Assembly: GCA_044892505.1 (NCBI GenBank)
Contig: CM097883.1
Span: 155,124,001 to 155,188,000, forward strand
DNA length: 64,000 nt
DNA from: Schmidtea nova
Taxonomy: Eukaryota
Reading direction: 5' to 3'
This document shows positions 43,719 through 57,350 of the stretch, in pieces. The translations under genes were made by a program, and so were the position numbers. The notes under the pieces are model-generated. The model had not been told where the DNA came from, did not search any database, and saw nothing but the letters and a program-made list of their open reading frames with translations. Within the stretch, counting starts at the first letter, position 1. Every line of letters begins with the position of its first letter.

Positions 43719-45673
43719 ATAAATACGATTTAAAGTCGTTAACGAAATAAATAAAATTCTCTTGATATAAAAAATGTATTTTTAAAATAAAGCAGTTCGT
43801 TGATACTAAATTAAATTCTCACTCTTTTTTGAAAAAAACATCCAATTTATTTGCTTTGATTGTTGCTGCCTTTCTTCCGGGATCAGCCGTGACGCTTCTT
43901 TTAACATTTGCGCTTCGATTGAAATCCCCATCTATCTCACAGAGCTCATCTGTTAACCTTTCTATAGAAGAAAGGATACTAGTTAGATCGGCCGTATTAG
44001 GGGTTTACTATCATTTTCTTTATCATCTTCTATTGGATTTTCTAATTGAGTGCCATCTAATGCTTCCATAAACTCTGCTAATTCTTCATTTGAGAGTGGT
44101 TGGTCATGCACATTCAACAATCCAATCACATATTCAGTTGTCACATCTTCGAATCCACATTCTCGTGTACGCCTGATAATATCTTCTTTTATGTAATTGT
44201 TATCTACCTCTTCTACACTTGCATCTTGTATAAATCCAGGCAGAAGTTTACGGCAAACGCCGTTTAATTAATTGGTTGTCACTTCGTCCCAAGCAGATTT
44301 CAGATTTCTGATTCCTTTTTAAAAGTCGTATGACCGCCAATAATCTTTAACGGTCTGGTTGGAATTAGGATCTATCGGCTTAGTCAATGCTTTTAAGGTT
44401 ATGCGCCAGTACTACGCCAATACAACCCCCTGATCCGTGGGTTGTAATACGGAGGTTGTGTTAGGGGGCATGTAAATTAGATTGACTTTTAATCCCGTGT
44501 CTAATGTGTCAATATCTTTCAGATTTCCGGAGGCGTTATCTAATAGGATGATTGCTTTCTTTGGAAGGTTATTTCGCTCACAAAATTTAAGCACAGTAGG
44601 AAAAAAATTATTTTTATGTCAGTCTGAAAATCTCCTGAGTAACCCAGTGCTTTTTATTCCATCTCCAAAAAACTGGCAAGGAGTTTTTGTCAAGTCCTTT
44701 AAAAGCCCGTGGATTCTGAGAATGGTACACTACCATTGGCTTCAATTTTAAGGAACCAGAAACGTTTAATCCCAAGAGAACAGTTAGTCTATCTTTGGCT
44801 GCTTTAAACCCGGGAGCGCTACGTTCTTCTCGCGAAATAAAAGTTCTCGATGACAACTTCTTCCAATAGAGGCCTGTCTCATCGAAATTGAATATGAGAT
44901 CTGCAGGGTAAGCTGCTGCCGCTGCTACATCAACGCTCGTTGCTTCGCCGCTTAGTTTAGTGCTACGGATATTGGTTCGATATTTAAATCTCGTGAACCA
45001 CCCAGTGCTTGCCAAGAAAGTTTCGTCAGTGTTTTCTTGGGCCTTCAAATCAGAAAAAATCAACTTTGCTTTTTCGCAAATGACTGCTTGTGTTACAGGA
45101 ATATTTCTTTGATTGGTGTCATCAACCCACAATACTAACATTTTTTCCATTTTCTCTAAATTTGCTCCGGCTGTAAGTTAAGTGCTTTACACTTACAACA
45201 GTTGTTTGTAGAGCGGAATGTTTAATTTCTCGGCGTTTTTCATGATTGTTGTCACGTTGGAAAGGGGTAAATTTAGAGCTCTACAGACAAAAGGTCGGGT
45301 TTGGCCGTCTTCAATGCGTTTAACTACATCCATTTTCGTCTCCATACATATTGTTTTTCGTCTTTTTTTCGCACAATGTTTGGGTTTGGAATTATTATTG
45401 TCGCTCATAATGAAATTACAAATCGAATATTATTTCAAAATAATAAAATAAAAATTTAATTATCTTTTTCTTAAAAAAAAACTAAAACTAACTCGGAAAC
45501 AATTTTACATATACGATAGGCTGCACGCGTACACGGCAATAAAATAAAGAAACATGTAAAAGTGTGTCCCCTATTAAAATTGCGGCGCCTATTCTCGGCT
45601 GGTGCCGGCAGAACCGGACCGGCGTAATTGTGAATCGGCGTGACTTGTACCGGCACAAATCGATGTTTACCTG
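43526..45673 (-). mobile_element. Decayed pogo/Tigger (TIGD-like) DNA transposon
   Basis: Fragments: CENP-B HTH (45193-45408); HTH-Tc5 plus IFNFDETGLYWK..AAKDRLTVLL (44614-45150); LLDNA..MPPNTTSVLQPTDQGV (44412-44594). Degenerate TIRs CATGTAAACGTGGTTTTACGCC vs CAGGTAAACATCGATTTGTGCC (16/22), right end followed by TA. Confidence 0.85.
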
Positions 45674-46074
45674 TATATAGTTTATATACAAAGGTTGAGT
45701 TGTTTTAATAACCAAATTCACTGGCACAAATTCGAATCAAACGAAAAAAATGCAAATCAAGATGGAATTCAATCAACACAAGAAAATCGCAGCACCAATA
45801 TATTTTTTAAATAATAAAATTTATATTATTATTAACTCCAGTTTTGTTATTTCAGTTATGAAATCAGATTATGTTTCATCGATATTTTTTCTCACTTTAT
45901 TGGTATCTACATACTACATTAGATCTAATAAATTATCTTTTTAACTGACAGGCGAAACAATTACATTCAAATGAATATATATTTTTATAGTTTCTCGGGT
46001 AAAACAGAAGTACAAATAAACAATAGAAAGTTAACGCATTATTGTAAAAGAAAAGGACTGAACATCTAAATTAG

Positions 46075-46230
46075 CACATATCTTCTATCGATAGCTCTTG
46101 GACCTATAGAAATTAATCGATCAATTATATTTCTGGAAACAGCGCTCACTTTTTGCAAGTATTCTCCCGATAGTTACATTTCCAATGTTGCTTCAAGACC
46201 GGTAACAACTGCTAAGTAATAGTTATGATA
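46075..46230. repeat. Copy 4 (more diverged) of the dispersed exon-like repeat
   Basis: CTTCTATCGATAGCTCTTGGACC..GCGCTCACT..TTGCAAGTA aligns with copies 1-3. Confidence 0.55.
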
Positions 46231-47504
46231 TTACCGTAGTAATAATTAGTATAAGGTAGGACTTGTAGGATTTCGTTTTCAACATGATTCATATACAATT
46301 TATAAGTAACTTTTGTCAACAATACGACTATATCAATAAGATTCACTTCAGTTTTCGTGAGATTTCCCTCCACTCAAAACTCACTATTGACTCCAACCAA
46401 AATTTTAGAAAAGTAGACATTTTTATTTAAAATTATTAACTCAATTTATCCTATTTAATCGCCAAGTGTGTTCTACAAATCTCCTTAATAAATGTCCGAA
46501 TACCTGAAGCTCCATTCTGGTAAACACGCCGACATGTAGATCTAGAAGAGCTCATGCCAAGTTTTTACCAGAGATGGGATCCCCCCAATGACTAAAAAGA
46601 CACTAGGGCTCAAGCCCTATTTAGATTTTTCGGAGTTAAAGATGAATTTACAATAACAGTAACAATATTTATTAAACCAAATTTGTCTCTTTCACAAATA
46701 TGATCCGAATAGAATTAGTACCAATTCACACTGAGTACGATAGACAATATCAAATATTTTTTCAAAGTTTTCCAAATGATGCCTAGAATTCTCTAAACTG
46801 TCTCAAGAACTGGTTCTCTCCTCACTGTTTCTGTTTGAGTACTGATACTTTTTGGGCACTTAGTTTCCAGCCAATTATCGTTCGACTAAATAATTTTAAT
46901 CTTTTATATTACCAAATTGTTTTCTTTGTTTTAATTAGTTAAATTTTATGGCTACTGTATTTGCTTTATGTTTTCTTTGATTCTTGTCTGCAAATATCTT
47001 CCATTTATTGTTATAATAAAGGGTGCCACGTGGCATATCTAGATTCACACACGTTCGTGGTGGTTATTTCAAGCGTAGTTTATTTATTATTTCTGAACTA
47101 AATGCCACTAAATTACTGAATATTTGTATTTATTTGCTTACTAGGGCTTACTTATTGTGTACTGAAGTGCAACTGAAGTATGTCTGAAAATGAATACCGG
47201 TGTTATGTGAACTGTAAATTTAAAAAATATTTATAAATGATAATTTGTTGAACAAACAACTTGATTGTTCATAAACACAGTATTGACTGAATTTACTTTA
47301 CTTACTTGTTGTTGATAATTCAGGCCATCATTTCCTTTGTTTTACAGACAAATGTCTACTGTGTAATAATATTATGGCAAGTATATTTAGATTATTTACA
47401 AGACATTAATTACTTTACAAACTAGCGGTTGTAAAATATATGCATATGATAAAATACATTGCTCTGATCTATATGAAACATATTCTACCCTTGCGATGCG
47501 TCTA

Positions 47505-47880
47505 TTGGCACCCGGAGCTATACATATAGTAAGACAGATGGCTAAAGCCATTTATTCTCTGAATATTGTCCTCTTCTGATCATAGTTCACTCTAACTCTG
47601 CGAAAAAAACATTACACCGTTCACTTAATATCTTCAATTGTCTCGTCTATGTAAAGTCATGGATCACTACATTAATATCTGTCCAGGCAAAATTCACTAA
47701 CTTAATGCTTGTTTAAAGACTGGATAAATTCCGCGCATTCAATATCAATGTGGCTAAAGTTTCATGGAAGGCAATATGTCATCACATATAATAGCTCAAC
47801 GAGGAGCTAATTTTTTGTCCTACTTTGATCGCCACATTGAGGATACAATCCAGACAGAAATGCTGCATGCAATAAAGACT
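47505..47880 (+). mobile_element. Degenerate DNA-transposon transposase fragment (superfamily not assigned)
   Basis: APGAIHIVRQMAKAIYSLNIVLF..VYVKSW..HI**LNEELIF/LSYFD resembles the PGAxHxARWMAKAIYSLK..HLWYLSEEL motif seen in arthropod transposon-derived ORFs. Confidence 0.5.
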
Positions 47881-48979
47881 AATACAGTCTCTAATCTGAT
47901 CCCATCTAAGCCCTAAACTATGTTTCGATAACAAAAATACTGTTGGGCTATAACAATCGAGCAAAAGAAAGGGTAAAACGTAAGAAAAGAGGATAAAATA
48001 GAATAAAATAATTAAAGAGAACCAATAAAATTAAATTAAAAATGGAGACAATATTAAATTAGTTAAATCATAATTTGAATTAAATATTAAATTGGAAAGA
48101 CAAAATTAGTGAATATAACGAAAAAATAGAAATAGATAAAAAATAACGAGAATTACCATGAAATAAAAACGAAATAGTTAGAAAATATACGCCAACAAAT
48201 AATAATAAAGAAAAACATTAACATGATTAAAAATAGATTAAAACTTACGTGTAAGATGGTTACTTGAATCTGGTTGGTTAAAACAAATCGATATATGATA
48301 TTTTTTGGTATGCTTTTTACTTTGATTTGATTAACAATTCTTTACTCCCTATAACGCTCTGATAAAAACTTACTTTGTTTTTTCTATAAATGATAATGTT
48401 TCCTTGAATCGCCTAACAAATAATGATCTTCGACCAACTGAAAAACTAAAAAATTTTGGATTCCTTTTTATAGGGTTCTCTCTTTCTCGCTAACCTAATA
48501 ATGATAATAAATTATTCAAGTGCAAAATATTGGCCGACCAGGCCGCAACAACAAAATAATTAGCTAGGTGACATCTCGCCTTTATCTCAGAGTTTTTAAT
48601 GATTTATAGGCAATTGTCTGGCTTTAGGAGTCAATCTAAATATCAAATTTGTTTTCTGCTTGGGTTTCCCAAAGCTCGAGGTTTCCATTAACTCGGGTTT
48701 TCAATTATCTCTGATTTCTATTAGCCAATTAAGTTTTCTTGTTATTTTTTAATCTCTAATATATATTTTTTAATTGTATTTTCTTTTTTCCGGGGACACC
48801 CCCATTAAATTTGTATTATATTTGTTTTCGCCTAATCGTTCGGTATCCGCTCATATCTATTTCCCTCTAAAAATGCTAATTATAAAATTTTCATTAATTT
48901 TTGTAATATATTAGTTGATGTTTGAATTTTCAAGATTTTACCCATTTTTATTGATATGCCCACAACCTTTGGTGTTTAA

Positions 48980-49035
48980 CAGAGGCGTAGCGAGACTATG
49001 CGGCGCCCGGGGCAAGGTTTAAATTTGGCGCCCCA
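48980..49035 (+). mobile_element. hAT-type terminus (CAGAGGCGTAGCG..GGCGCCCGGGGC..GGCGCCCC); a possible degenerate partner lies at ~58655-58725
   Basis: The sequence pattern is typical of invertebrate hAT ends. No TSD could be confirmed. Confidence 0.5.
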
Positions 49036-49089
49036 CACAAAACTTGTAACATAGGGATAGAAGAGTAATTGGGTGACAGATAGTCCAAT

Positions 49090-49166
49090 TATCATGCATA
49101 AAAGAGTTAAATAAATTTAAACTATTAATAATAGTTTAAATTTATTTAACTCTTTTATGCATGATA
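49090..49166. repeat. Perfect 77-bp palindrome (38-bp arms, 1-nt loop)
   Basis: Arms checked base by base. Confidence 0.97.
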
Positions 49167-49440
49167 TGTGAAATATAATATTCTGATGCAATTAAATTTC
49201 TAACGATCTAATGAAATTTAAATTTTCTATTGGTGGAAAAAAGTGCATAGTTTCTACATAGGAATTACCCTGATTGTTTACCATATTTGATTCAACAGTG
49301 AAAATTAATTATTTTCTGTAATTTAAGTTATTTATACAATTAACTATTATAACTTGCCAACCATTAACTATCACATTAAAATAAAGCTAATGAACCGTAA
49401 GTACAATTTTAATTAATCTAAAATTTCATTTTACTCATTT

Positions 49441-51471
49441 TTGATTTGTGAAAATTTCTTTTTATTTTTTAGCGCAATATCTCTACTGTCTGAGAAGAGA
49501 AGAAAAACTTCTTTTAATGTAAACTACACGACTGAATTTCTATTTATAACGAAAGTGGATAATGATGACTCCAAAACGTATTGCTCAATATGCTGTACAA
49601 AATTCTCAATTTCCTCTGGCGGTCGTAGAGATATTACTCAACATGTTGATAGCAAACGCCATAAAGCATCTCTAGAATCTGGATCATCTAGCAAGAAAGT
49701 CAGCGACTTTTTCAAGAAAATTGAGGCAAATAAAGATGAGTTGAGTCTTGCAGCAAGAGTTAACGATTGCATTTCATACAGTAAAACACAACTTCTCTTT
49801 TCGTTCAAATGACTGTACTGCAGATTTAATAAGAAATTTTTTTGATACGAAATTTTCATTGGGACGTACAAAGACAGCCGTACTTATTAAAAAAGTTATC
49901 GCTCCGTATGTTGACAATATTATGAGAGATGCTATAAATAAACGAACATTCACATCAATCATGACGGACACATCTAATCATAAAAATATCAAGATGTTTC
50001 CTATTGTAATCCGTTTCTTTGATCCTCTAAAAGGTGTAAATCATTGGAAAGCCTCAATTGCATCAATTCCGAATGACAACTCTTCAACAATATGCAATAT
50101 CCTCATCGAAACTATAAGGAAAAATGATTTGTCACACAATTATTTCTTATTCTGCTGACAATACAAATTTGAATTTCGGTGGCATTACCAGAAATGGAAC
50201 AAATAATGTATGGAGAAAGCTACAAGTGGAATTAAAGCGAGAATTAATTGGAAATGGTTGTTTTGCTCATATTATTCATAATGTTTCAAACGCTGGTTGT
50301 GAAATATTAGAAGTTAATATTGAAGCTGTGATCGTGAAGCTGTACAAGCATTTCTGTATTCATTCTGTTCGTTCTGAGTCGTTTAAAAGTTTGCGACGAA
50401 ATGGAACATGCATTTAAACCGTTATTGAATCATGGAAGCACTCAATTTTTGTCACTTGATCCAGCTGTAAGTCGATTAATCGAATTATTTGATCCGTTGA
50501 AGGAATACTTCCAAACTCTGCAAAAATGTCCACCAGACATTCAGCGATTCTTCAATAATAAAGCAGGCAAATTTTGGATTTTATTCATTTCCAATCAACT
50601 TAAGAATTTCAACGACTCAATTAAAATCATTGAAAGTTCAAATATAACAGTATTTGAGATTGCTAATCAGTTGAAGATTCTTAATGACAAATTGGCTAAT
50701 CGCCAAAATTTTTGTTTATTACCCAGAGAATCGCTTTTGGAATTTCAAAATCTTGATGAACGTACCCAAAATGAAACAAAAGTTAAGGTCGCTGAGTTCT
50801 GAGGTTATATTAAATTACTTGAGCATATGGGAAAATGCACTGGACGGAACACAGGCTTTTATGTGGATGATAATGTATAATTCTCCAACATGGGATGACA
50901 TTGAAAAATCAATTGATTATGCTACGGAAAAGTTCGGAGAAAATTTCAATGAATTAGTTGATAGAGATTTGATGTTTGATGAGTTTTGCCTATTAAAGAA
51001 CCATGTTGAAAATAACTTATCGAGTTGGCTGGATTCCAAACTATCTCCTTAAAATATATGGGTAAAGATTTTCACTTATTTTCGTGAAAATTCAACGTGT
51101 TTGGTCAACATAGAAAAACTGGTACGTCTACTGAAGTTGAACGAATTTTTTCTCTTATGAACAATGTATGGGATGATGATAAAAGTCGTTTAGATCCAAG
51201 TACTGTAAATGATATCCTCTCTATTCAATACAATAGCAAAATGAATTGTATTGAGTTCTACGAGCGTATAAAAAATGATCATGACTTTTTAAATAATGTA
51301 ATTTCAAGTGAAAAATACTTTAAAAAATAAAGACTTAATAAACCGTTGTTAACTTTTGGAGTTTAAAATATACTATTTCATTATAAAACTGTTACATTTT
51401 ATCAGTTTATGTAAATGTCCGTTTTTTTCTTGAAAATGTCCATTTTTTTCAAAAGTCCTCTGGCCACCCTA
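49441..51471 (+). mobile_element. Decayed hAT-superfamily transposon (frameshifted transposase, right TIR ..CTGGCCACCCTA)
   Basis: YCSICC..FSISSGGRRDITQH..RH; SIMTDTSNHK; SADNTNLNFGG; GCFAHIIHN; GSTQFLSL; GTSTEVERIFSLMN across ORFs 49441-51330. Confidence 0.85.
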
Positions 51472-51575
51472 ACTATTATACAACCACATTTATTATAATA
51501 TTATTTATCACAATTACAGTATTCACTATAATAAATTTTAAACGCCCTTTCAAAGCGTCTTCATACTTTCAAAAT

Positions 51576-53620
51576 TCATTTTTTTGCCTTCACATCCGCA
51601 AATTTGTCAATTATATCATCAAAGTCTATCTTTTCCACTGTTTCCTTCTCTATACTAAGAAGTGCGAGATCGCGGAGAAGCTCTTTTCCAATCGACGCTT
51701 TTAAATATGAAAAAATAAGCTTCAGCTTACTGAAGGAAAGCTCAAAACTGGCTATTGACACTGCAACTGCTAAGAGAATTTGTAAAGCAATTTGCAAATT
51801 TGGAAAAACATCGTCCCCATAAGACACGATGAAAGTAATAAGATCCAAAGGAATCGATGGTAAAGCATTACCTCTCGTAGTAACCAGCATTTAACAGTCT
51901 CTCAAATTTCGTTGAAAAGTTCGCTCCCATTTACGTCAGTGTCATAAAAATTTGCAAAGTCAAAACAATCTTCACTCTTCAAAAGAATCTGAACATCCAA
52001 TAAAAATTCAAATTTTGAATCCAACTCATTGAGACGAATGAATCCAGTTGTCATTTCTTGTTTAAGTCCATCTATAACACTTTAGAACACGCTTAATTTC
52101 CTCTTCTGCAGAAAGCCCGGCATGTCGAGCTAATTCTCCTTGAATTTGTCTTCTCCTCATTCGGCGTTAAACTTCTATGCCCCATTCTGCGCATCTAGTC
52201 TTTGCACTTCTAAACCCGATCAATTCTTCGCAGAATGTCATTCCAGAAATACAGCAACACAAGAAAATTGAATTCCAAAATATTCGTTAGCAATCTTTCT
52301 GCATCAGTTTCAGTATCGTTTGACTGATTCTTATCATCTGACAGTGTCTCTGGCAGTTTTACTAGTTCATGTAACCCCTCATAGATTGCTTTGACGGCCT
52401 CCATTCTAGCAATCCATCGGGTTTCAGATTCTCGCTTAACAGTGATCGGTATAACTTTCTTTATTTCCTCCCAGCAAAGTGTAGAACGGGAAAAAAATAC
52501 ACAATTACTTTCAACTGTTCCAAAAAATGTGACTATTAGTGCTTCTTGTTTGGATGAGTGAACTCTTACTAAGTTCAAACTATGATTGTTACAATTGACA
52601 GACACTGCTCGCGGATTTCTGGAACTAATTCATTGTTGAAGGCCAGATATATGCCCAGTCATTACTGATGCATTATCATAGCATTGTAATCTACAATCAT
52701 CCAGAGGTAAGTTGTCAGATTACAGTTTTTCGACAATGACTCTTTCAAGAGTAGCTGCATCTTTGGCGTGAATCTCAATAAATCCCATGAATGATTCTTT
52801 TATCGTGACTTGTTTACTAAAAAGAATCTACGTCCACAAACTTTATCACTTCAGACAACTGCTCTCTGTGTCCGAGATCAGGAGTTGAGTCAAGTAAAAT
52901 GCCATAATACTTGTTTTTTCTTATGTCACTCAACAAATGATTCTTTACAGTAGATGCTAGAATCCTGATAAATTCATTTTGGATTTGAGGTGACAGGTAA
53001 GACTCTGAACCTGGATTTTCTGTTGCGTGTTTTAGGTGATTTACTAAGACTGGATCATATTGAGCAACGACAGAAAATTTTCAGCATTTGTTGCATCATC
53101 GCTAGTTAAACTTTTCTTATGGCCGCGCAATGGCAAATTTTGAAAAGCAAAAAAATTTATACAAATAAGCAAACGTTTCAAAACAGCACGCCATCTTTGC
53201 TTTTATGTTTGAACCTGATCTTCAACTTCTGTATCTAACCCTTTTCTTTTGAAAATAATCCGCTCTGCTTCTTTCCATGCAGTAAATGACTGACGGTGGG
53301 TGGGGCTGTTCTTGTGAGCCACAAATTTTTCAGGACTTTTCCACTTTTAAAGCCACCAGCCTATGCAAAGGAAGATCGAGAATTAGTAGCCGACGAAAGA
53401 AACAGCAAACAACAGAAACAATAAGCAGCATCCTTTTTCGGGGAATAAATTAGCCAAGATCGATTTACTTCGTCAATTAGCAAGTTTACGCTTGAAAAAC
53501 CAAGTTTTCATTAAGTGTCCACGAATCAACGTAAATGGGTCTTTGGCGTATTGAAATACTGAAGCTCCACTGGTTATCAGTTCAGTGCGAAGTTTCTGTG
53601 ACACTACTGCTAGTTGTGAC
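51576..53620 (-). mobile_element. Decayed ZMYM1/DUF4371-type hAT transposase
   Basis: ILLDSTPD..EQLS; CYDNASVMTG; VNCNNHSLNLV; SETRW; hATC FPNLQIALQILL..VSIASFELSFSKLKLI..LALLSIE. Confidence 0.85.
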
Positions 53621-53699
53621 TTGTGGTCGAATTCTAAGTAACCAATGTCATTGAACTTCGGGGGGTCATAATCATTACCATCGTTACGTCCTCCGTTAT

Positions 53700-55720
53700 T
53701 ATAGCTTGACTTATTGGCGCCATCTTCAGCGTTATTGTTTTCGTGATTAGAAATTTCGTCATTGCTTACGCTTTGTACACCATATCTTTGTGCAAATTAT
53801 ATTTAAATTGTATTACATATGGTTTTGACTTTTCTAACTTAATCCAACGCATCTTAAGCCAATTTACTGACAATCCTGTAACTGTTTCCTTTCTGTTTAT
53901 AATTACAATTTCTAGTGGCTTTGAAGTATAACAATCCTGGTGAGTCATTTGAATTACATGAAACGGAGCTTTCTTTTTACAGGTTTTCATTATATTATAC
54001 CAATCAGCAGGCGAAAATATGTTTTGATTTTTTTTGCATGTGACTCGATATTGGCAAAATCTAAAACATTTTTCAAATAACTATAACCACTGACCAAAAT
54101 TTCATTTCAATTGAGTTGGCTTTTATTTCAGTAATTGAACCAATTTCAATAAATTCAGCATAGTTTTTATATTTCTATTTTGTCCAGTACATGATTCTGA
54201 GTACGACCAATTTCAATAAATTCACCATAGTCTTTATATTTCTATTTTGTCCAGCACAAGAATATGAATGCGATATTATTTTTTTTGTGATCTCTGGTGA
54301 ATGCTTTTTATGTATTTAACTAGACATGGTGAAATTTCTTGAGAACGATGGGATCCTTCTGTTTTTGGTCAAACAAACATACAGCTTTCATTTTTTTCGA
54401 AATTCTTATATCCAAAATTATAAATATATAAGTTTTTCTTATAAGCTACAGATGTGGTAAGTTTTGGTTAGGGTAAAGCATTTTCTAAGTCAAAAGGAAA
54501 CACAAAAAGTTTATTTGATGCCATCGCCCGATCTCTGATTCATATGAGTACGAGCCTGTTCAACTTGCAGTAAATATGCGTTCTTTTCAATAACTGTCAC
54601 CCAAATTACATCAAGTTCAGAAAATTGAATTTTTTTTGCAAGGAATCACGAATTTGGAATGTATCTTTAGCCTGATGTTTAAAATGTAAATTAAATTTGT
54701 TACTGAACACTTTGTAATAATATTTTACTTTCACCGCAACAATATTTTGGGTTGTGCATTGGTCTAGATATAATTAGTACATTTTCTTAATATTAATATT
54801 TTGATTTAAATATTTTCACCTGGGATTGTGGGCTCTTGTATAGTGGCTACTGTAAGTTGGAAATGATTTTATATGTTCTAAAACACGTGTATCATCAAAT
54901 GTGTTCCCTGGACGATGATGACCCCGATGATCAATCAAATCCGAAACAACTCCTGTATATGTGTGCATCGCTTACTTGATAGGTATCCTCAAAATATTGT
55001 TTGCAGACACGAATATCATATCGACTATTTTTTCGAATATGATAAATTAATTTAATCGTGTGATTTTATTGTTGCTAACGGGACGACATCTTTTTTGTTC
55101 CGCCATTTTAATAGAACCTTAAATAAAAATATTTTGTTTTACATGATCTTCCGAATTATAAAATGTCTTCATGATTTCTTCCCTTTCATCAGAACTGATT
55201 ATGTCGTTACATCTTTGTTTACATCGACAAACAATATCCAGAAATTATTTTGTGGATAACACATTTCCACTCCTATTCATGTATTTAAGACCGTTTAATC
55301 TTCTTTTTTTGAATATTTCGCTCCCATTTGGTGTTGTAGTCAATTGAATTGTTGGTTAATTAAATTGTCATAATATTTATTTAATAAATTATATAATTAA
55401 TAATTAATTAATAATAATTAATAATAATAATTAATTAATATAATATTAATTAATATAATATTAATTAATATAATATAATATAAATTAATTAATAAATAAA
55501 TAATCGAACATTTAATTAACCAACAATTCAATTGACTACTAAATTTCGTTTCCATTTGGTAGGATTTCGGCTTCATTTCCGTGCAATTGCTATGTTTATA
55601 AGATTATTTTCAAAATTAGAGTCAGTTGACGAATCAGAAGAAACATGTACTCGAATTCTTGATCCTGATTTCCTTCCAAAATTGATTGAAGAACCACTGC
55701 TATCTGATTCATTATTATTT
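53700..55720 (-). mobile_element. Decayed DNA-transposon transposase (SCxGQNRN-motif family; superfamily uncertain)
   Basis: Pieces in order: KWKRN..; RVCKQYFEDTYQVS; SCAGQNRNIK; GRTQN; PFHVIQM..WLKMRWI. Contains an internal duplication of about 60 bp at ~54140-54260. Confidence 0.6.
55336..55539. mobile_element. 204-bp MITE-like insert with perfect 30-bp TIRs around a 135-nt pure A/T core
   Basis: GTAGTCAATTGAATTGTTGGTTAATTAAAT at 55336-55365 and its exact reverse complement at 55510-55539. No G or C in 55370-55504. Confidence 0.8.
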
Positions 55721-56399
55721 CTGTCTAAATAATTATTTTCAAACATAATTTTTTAAGGATTTAATATTTTAACTATTCATTTTATCATTTTCGATAAACT
55801 TTCATACTAAACTAAATACGTAATAGTCAGCAGAACTGATAAAACTACTGCTGTATTTTCTTTTATACTCACAGTCTGAAAGTGCAGATAAATAAATTAA
55901 TTAATCGAGTGCATATTCGAAAGTGAAGAGAGTCGAAAAACGCACAATTAATGCAGTGTATAATACGATACTAATTAACTGTTGTGTCACAATTAGTGTT
56001 AATAATAACTAAACTAAATATAATTAACAAGTAGTAATGTAGTCAGATGCGAAATTTTTCATTAGGACACTTGCTATACTCGTAGTTTCATAATTTTTGA
56101 AACGATACTTTGGGTTTTTGAATTGTCTGATAATAGGTGTAGAGTTAGTCGAATTGGCTTCTGAACTAAATTAAATATTTGTCATTTGTCATTAAAAATT
56201 TGGTCATGTAGTGGTGTTAAATGTATTATTTTACAAATCTTATTCAAAACATAAAAATTCACTTCCAGTGAAGTGCTTTTATGTATGAATTTAAAAAAAA
56301 TTTAAAAAGTGGATTTATGCTCTTTTGCAAATGAATAAGGTTATTTCCAAGGTTCAATGACAAAATCTTTATGTGCTGATATATATTTATTTAATTGTG

Positions 56400-57350
56400 T
56401 GCTTCATTTGTTGCACAACTTTTTGTTACTTTTTGAATAATTCGAAAATTCCATCGTTTCTGAACTTTTTCAGGTTTCTCGATGAAAAAATTTTCGATAT
56501 GTTTTTTATTTCATCCAAGTTACAAAGTTTTTGCAATCATTTTTATATCAGTACCTTTTTGCTAAACGTTATAGTAAACGAACTTTTTTTGATGATATAT
56601 CGTCAATACGTTCATAGAACAAATCACATAATTTTTTTTTCAGTCATACTTTGTAAATATTAACAGCTTAACAAAGTGTTTGTGAACGATGGTTTTGATA
56701 TTTTTAACGTTTCCTTATGTATAGCACACATTATTCTCGACCAGTCTTTATTTGGTAATCATCAATAATAAATGTCTAAAATGCATCTTGTTTTCTTCCA
56801 TTTTAAGAAATACAATTCATATAATGCACACATCCCCTACTCATATTTAATCACTGCGAGATATCATTGATAGTGATTCGACTTTCTTTCTTCACAATGT
56901 GCTCTCTCACGCTGCTATGCAAGCAGAGACGGGACCATCCAAACTTTCACCCTAGACAAGGAATAAAAGTTACGTCTTTTCAAAAAAAATTGTATACATC
57001 AAGGAATCAATCAGTTTTTCACTGTAAAATAATAAATGCATGGTTTTGTAACAATATCTTTATTAAAAAGAACAACAAAGATAGCCAGCTACTCCTACAG
57101 TTATTACAAATTAACTTTCCTTGCTTTCAATGAAGAAAATTCAAAAATATCTTCATGGCTTTGCAAAACTTTATTAATGGTTTCTTGGAAGTCATCTTGA
57201 TTTTCCAAATTATCATCAGGAACTGGCGATTGTTCATCTAATACGCATTCCAAATCTTCTTAATGAACTTTTTTTCTGAACAATAATGTTATATTTTATG
57301 ATTGCTTCAACACTCTCATCGTACTTTATCTTTTTACGACTTCTTTTTAC
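56400..57350 (-). mobile_element. Possible P-element/THAP9-like transposase C-terminal relic
   Basis: Weak: GVAGYLCC.., G.SL.GPVSAC..ESTL and IKMIAK..KH resemble YIAGY / GGL..PS / LIK.I..H. Many stops. Confidence 0.3.

Noticed and set aside
49343-51479. 8-bp TSD ACTATTAT for the + strand hAT
   Set aside because: The left copy is not followed by a recognisable TIR, so a chance match in AT-rich DNA is likely.
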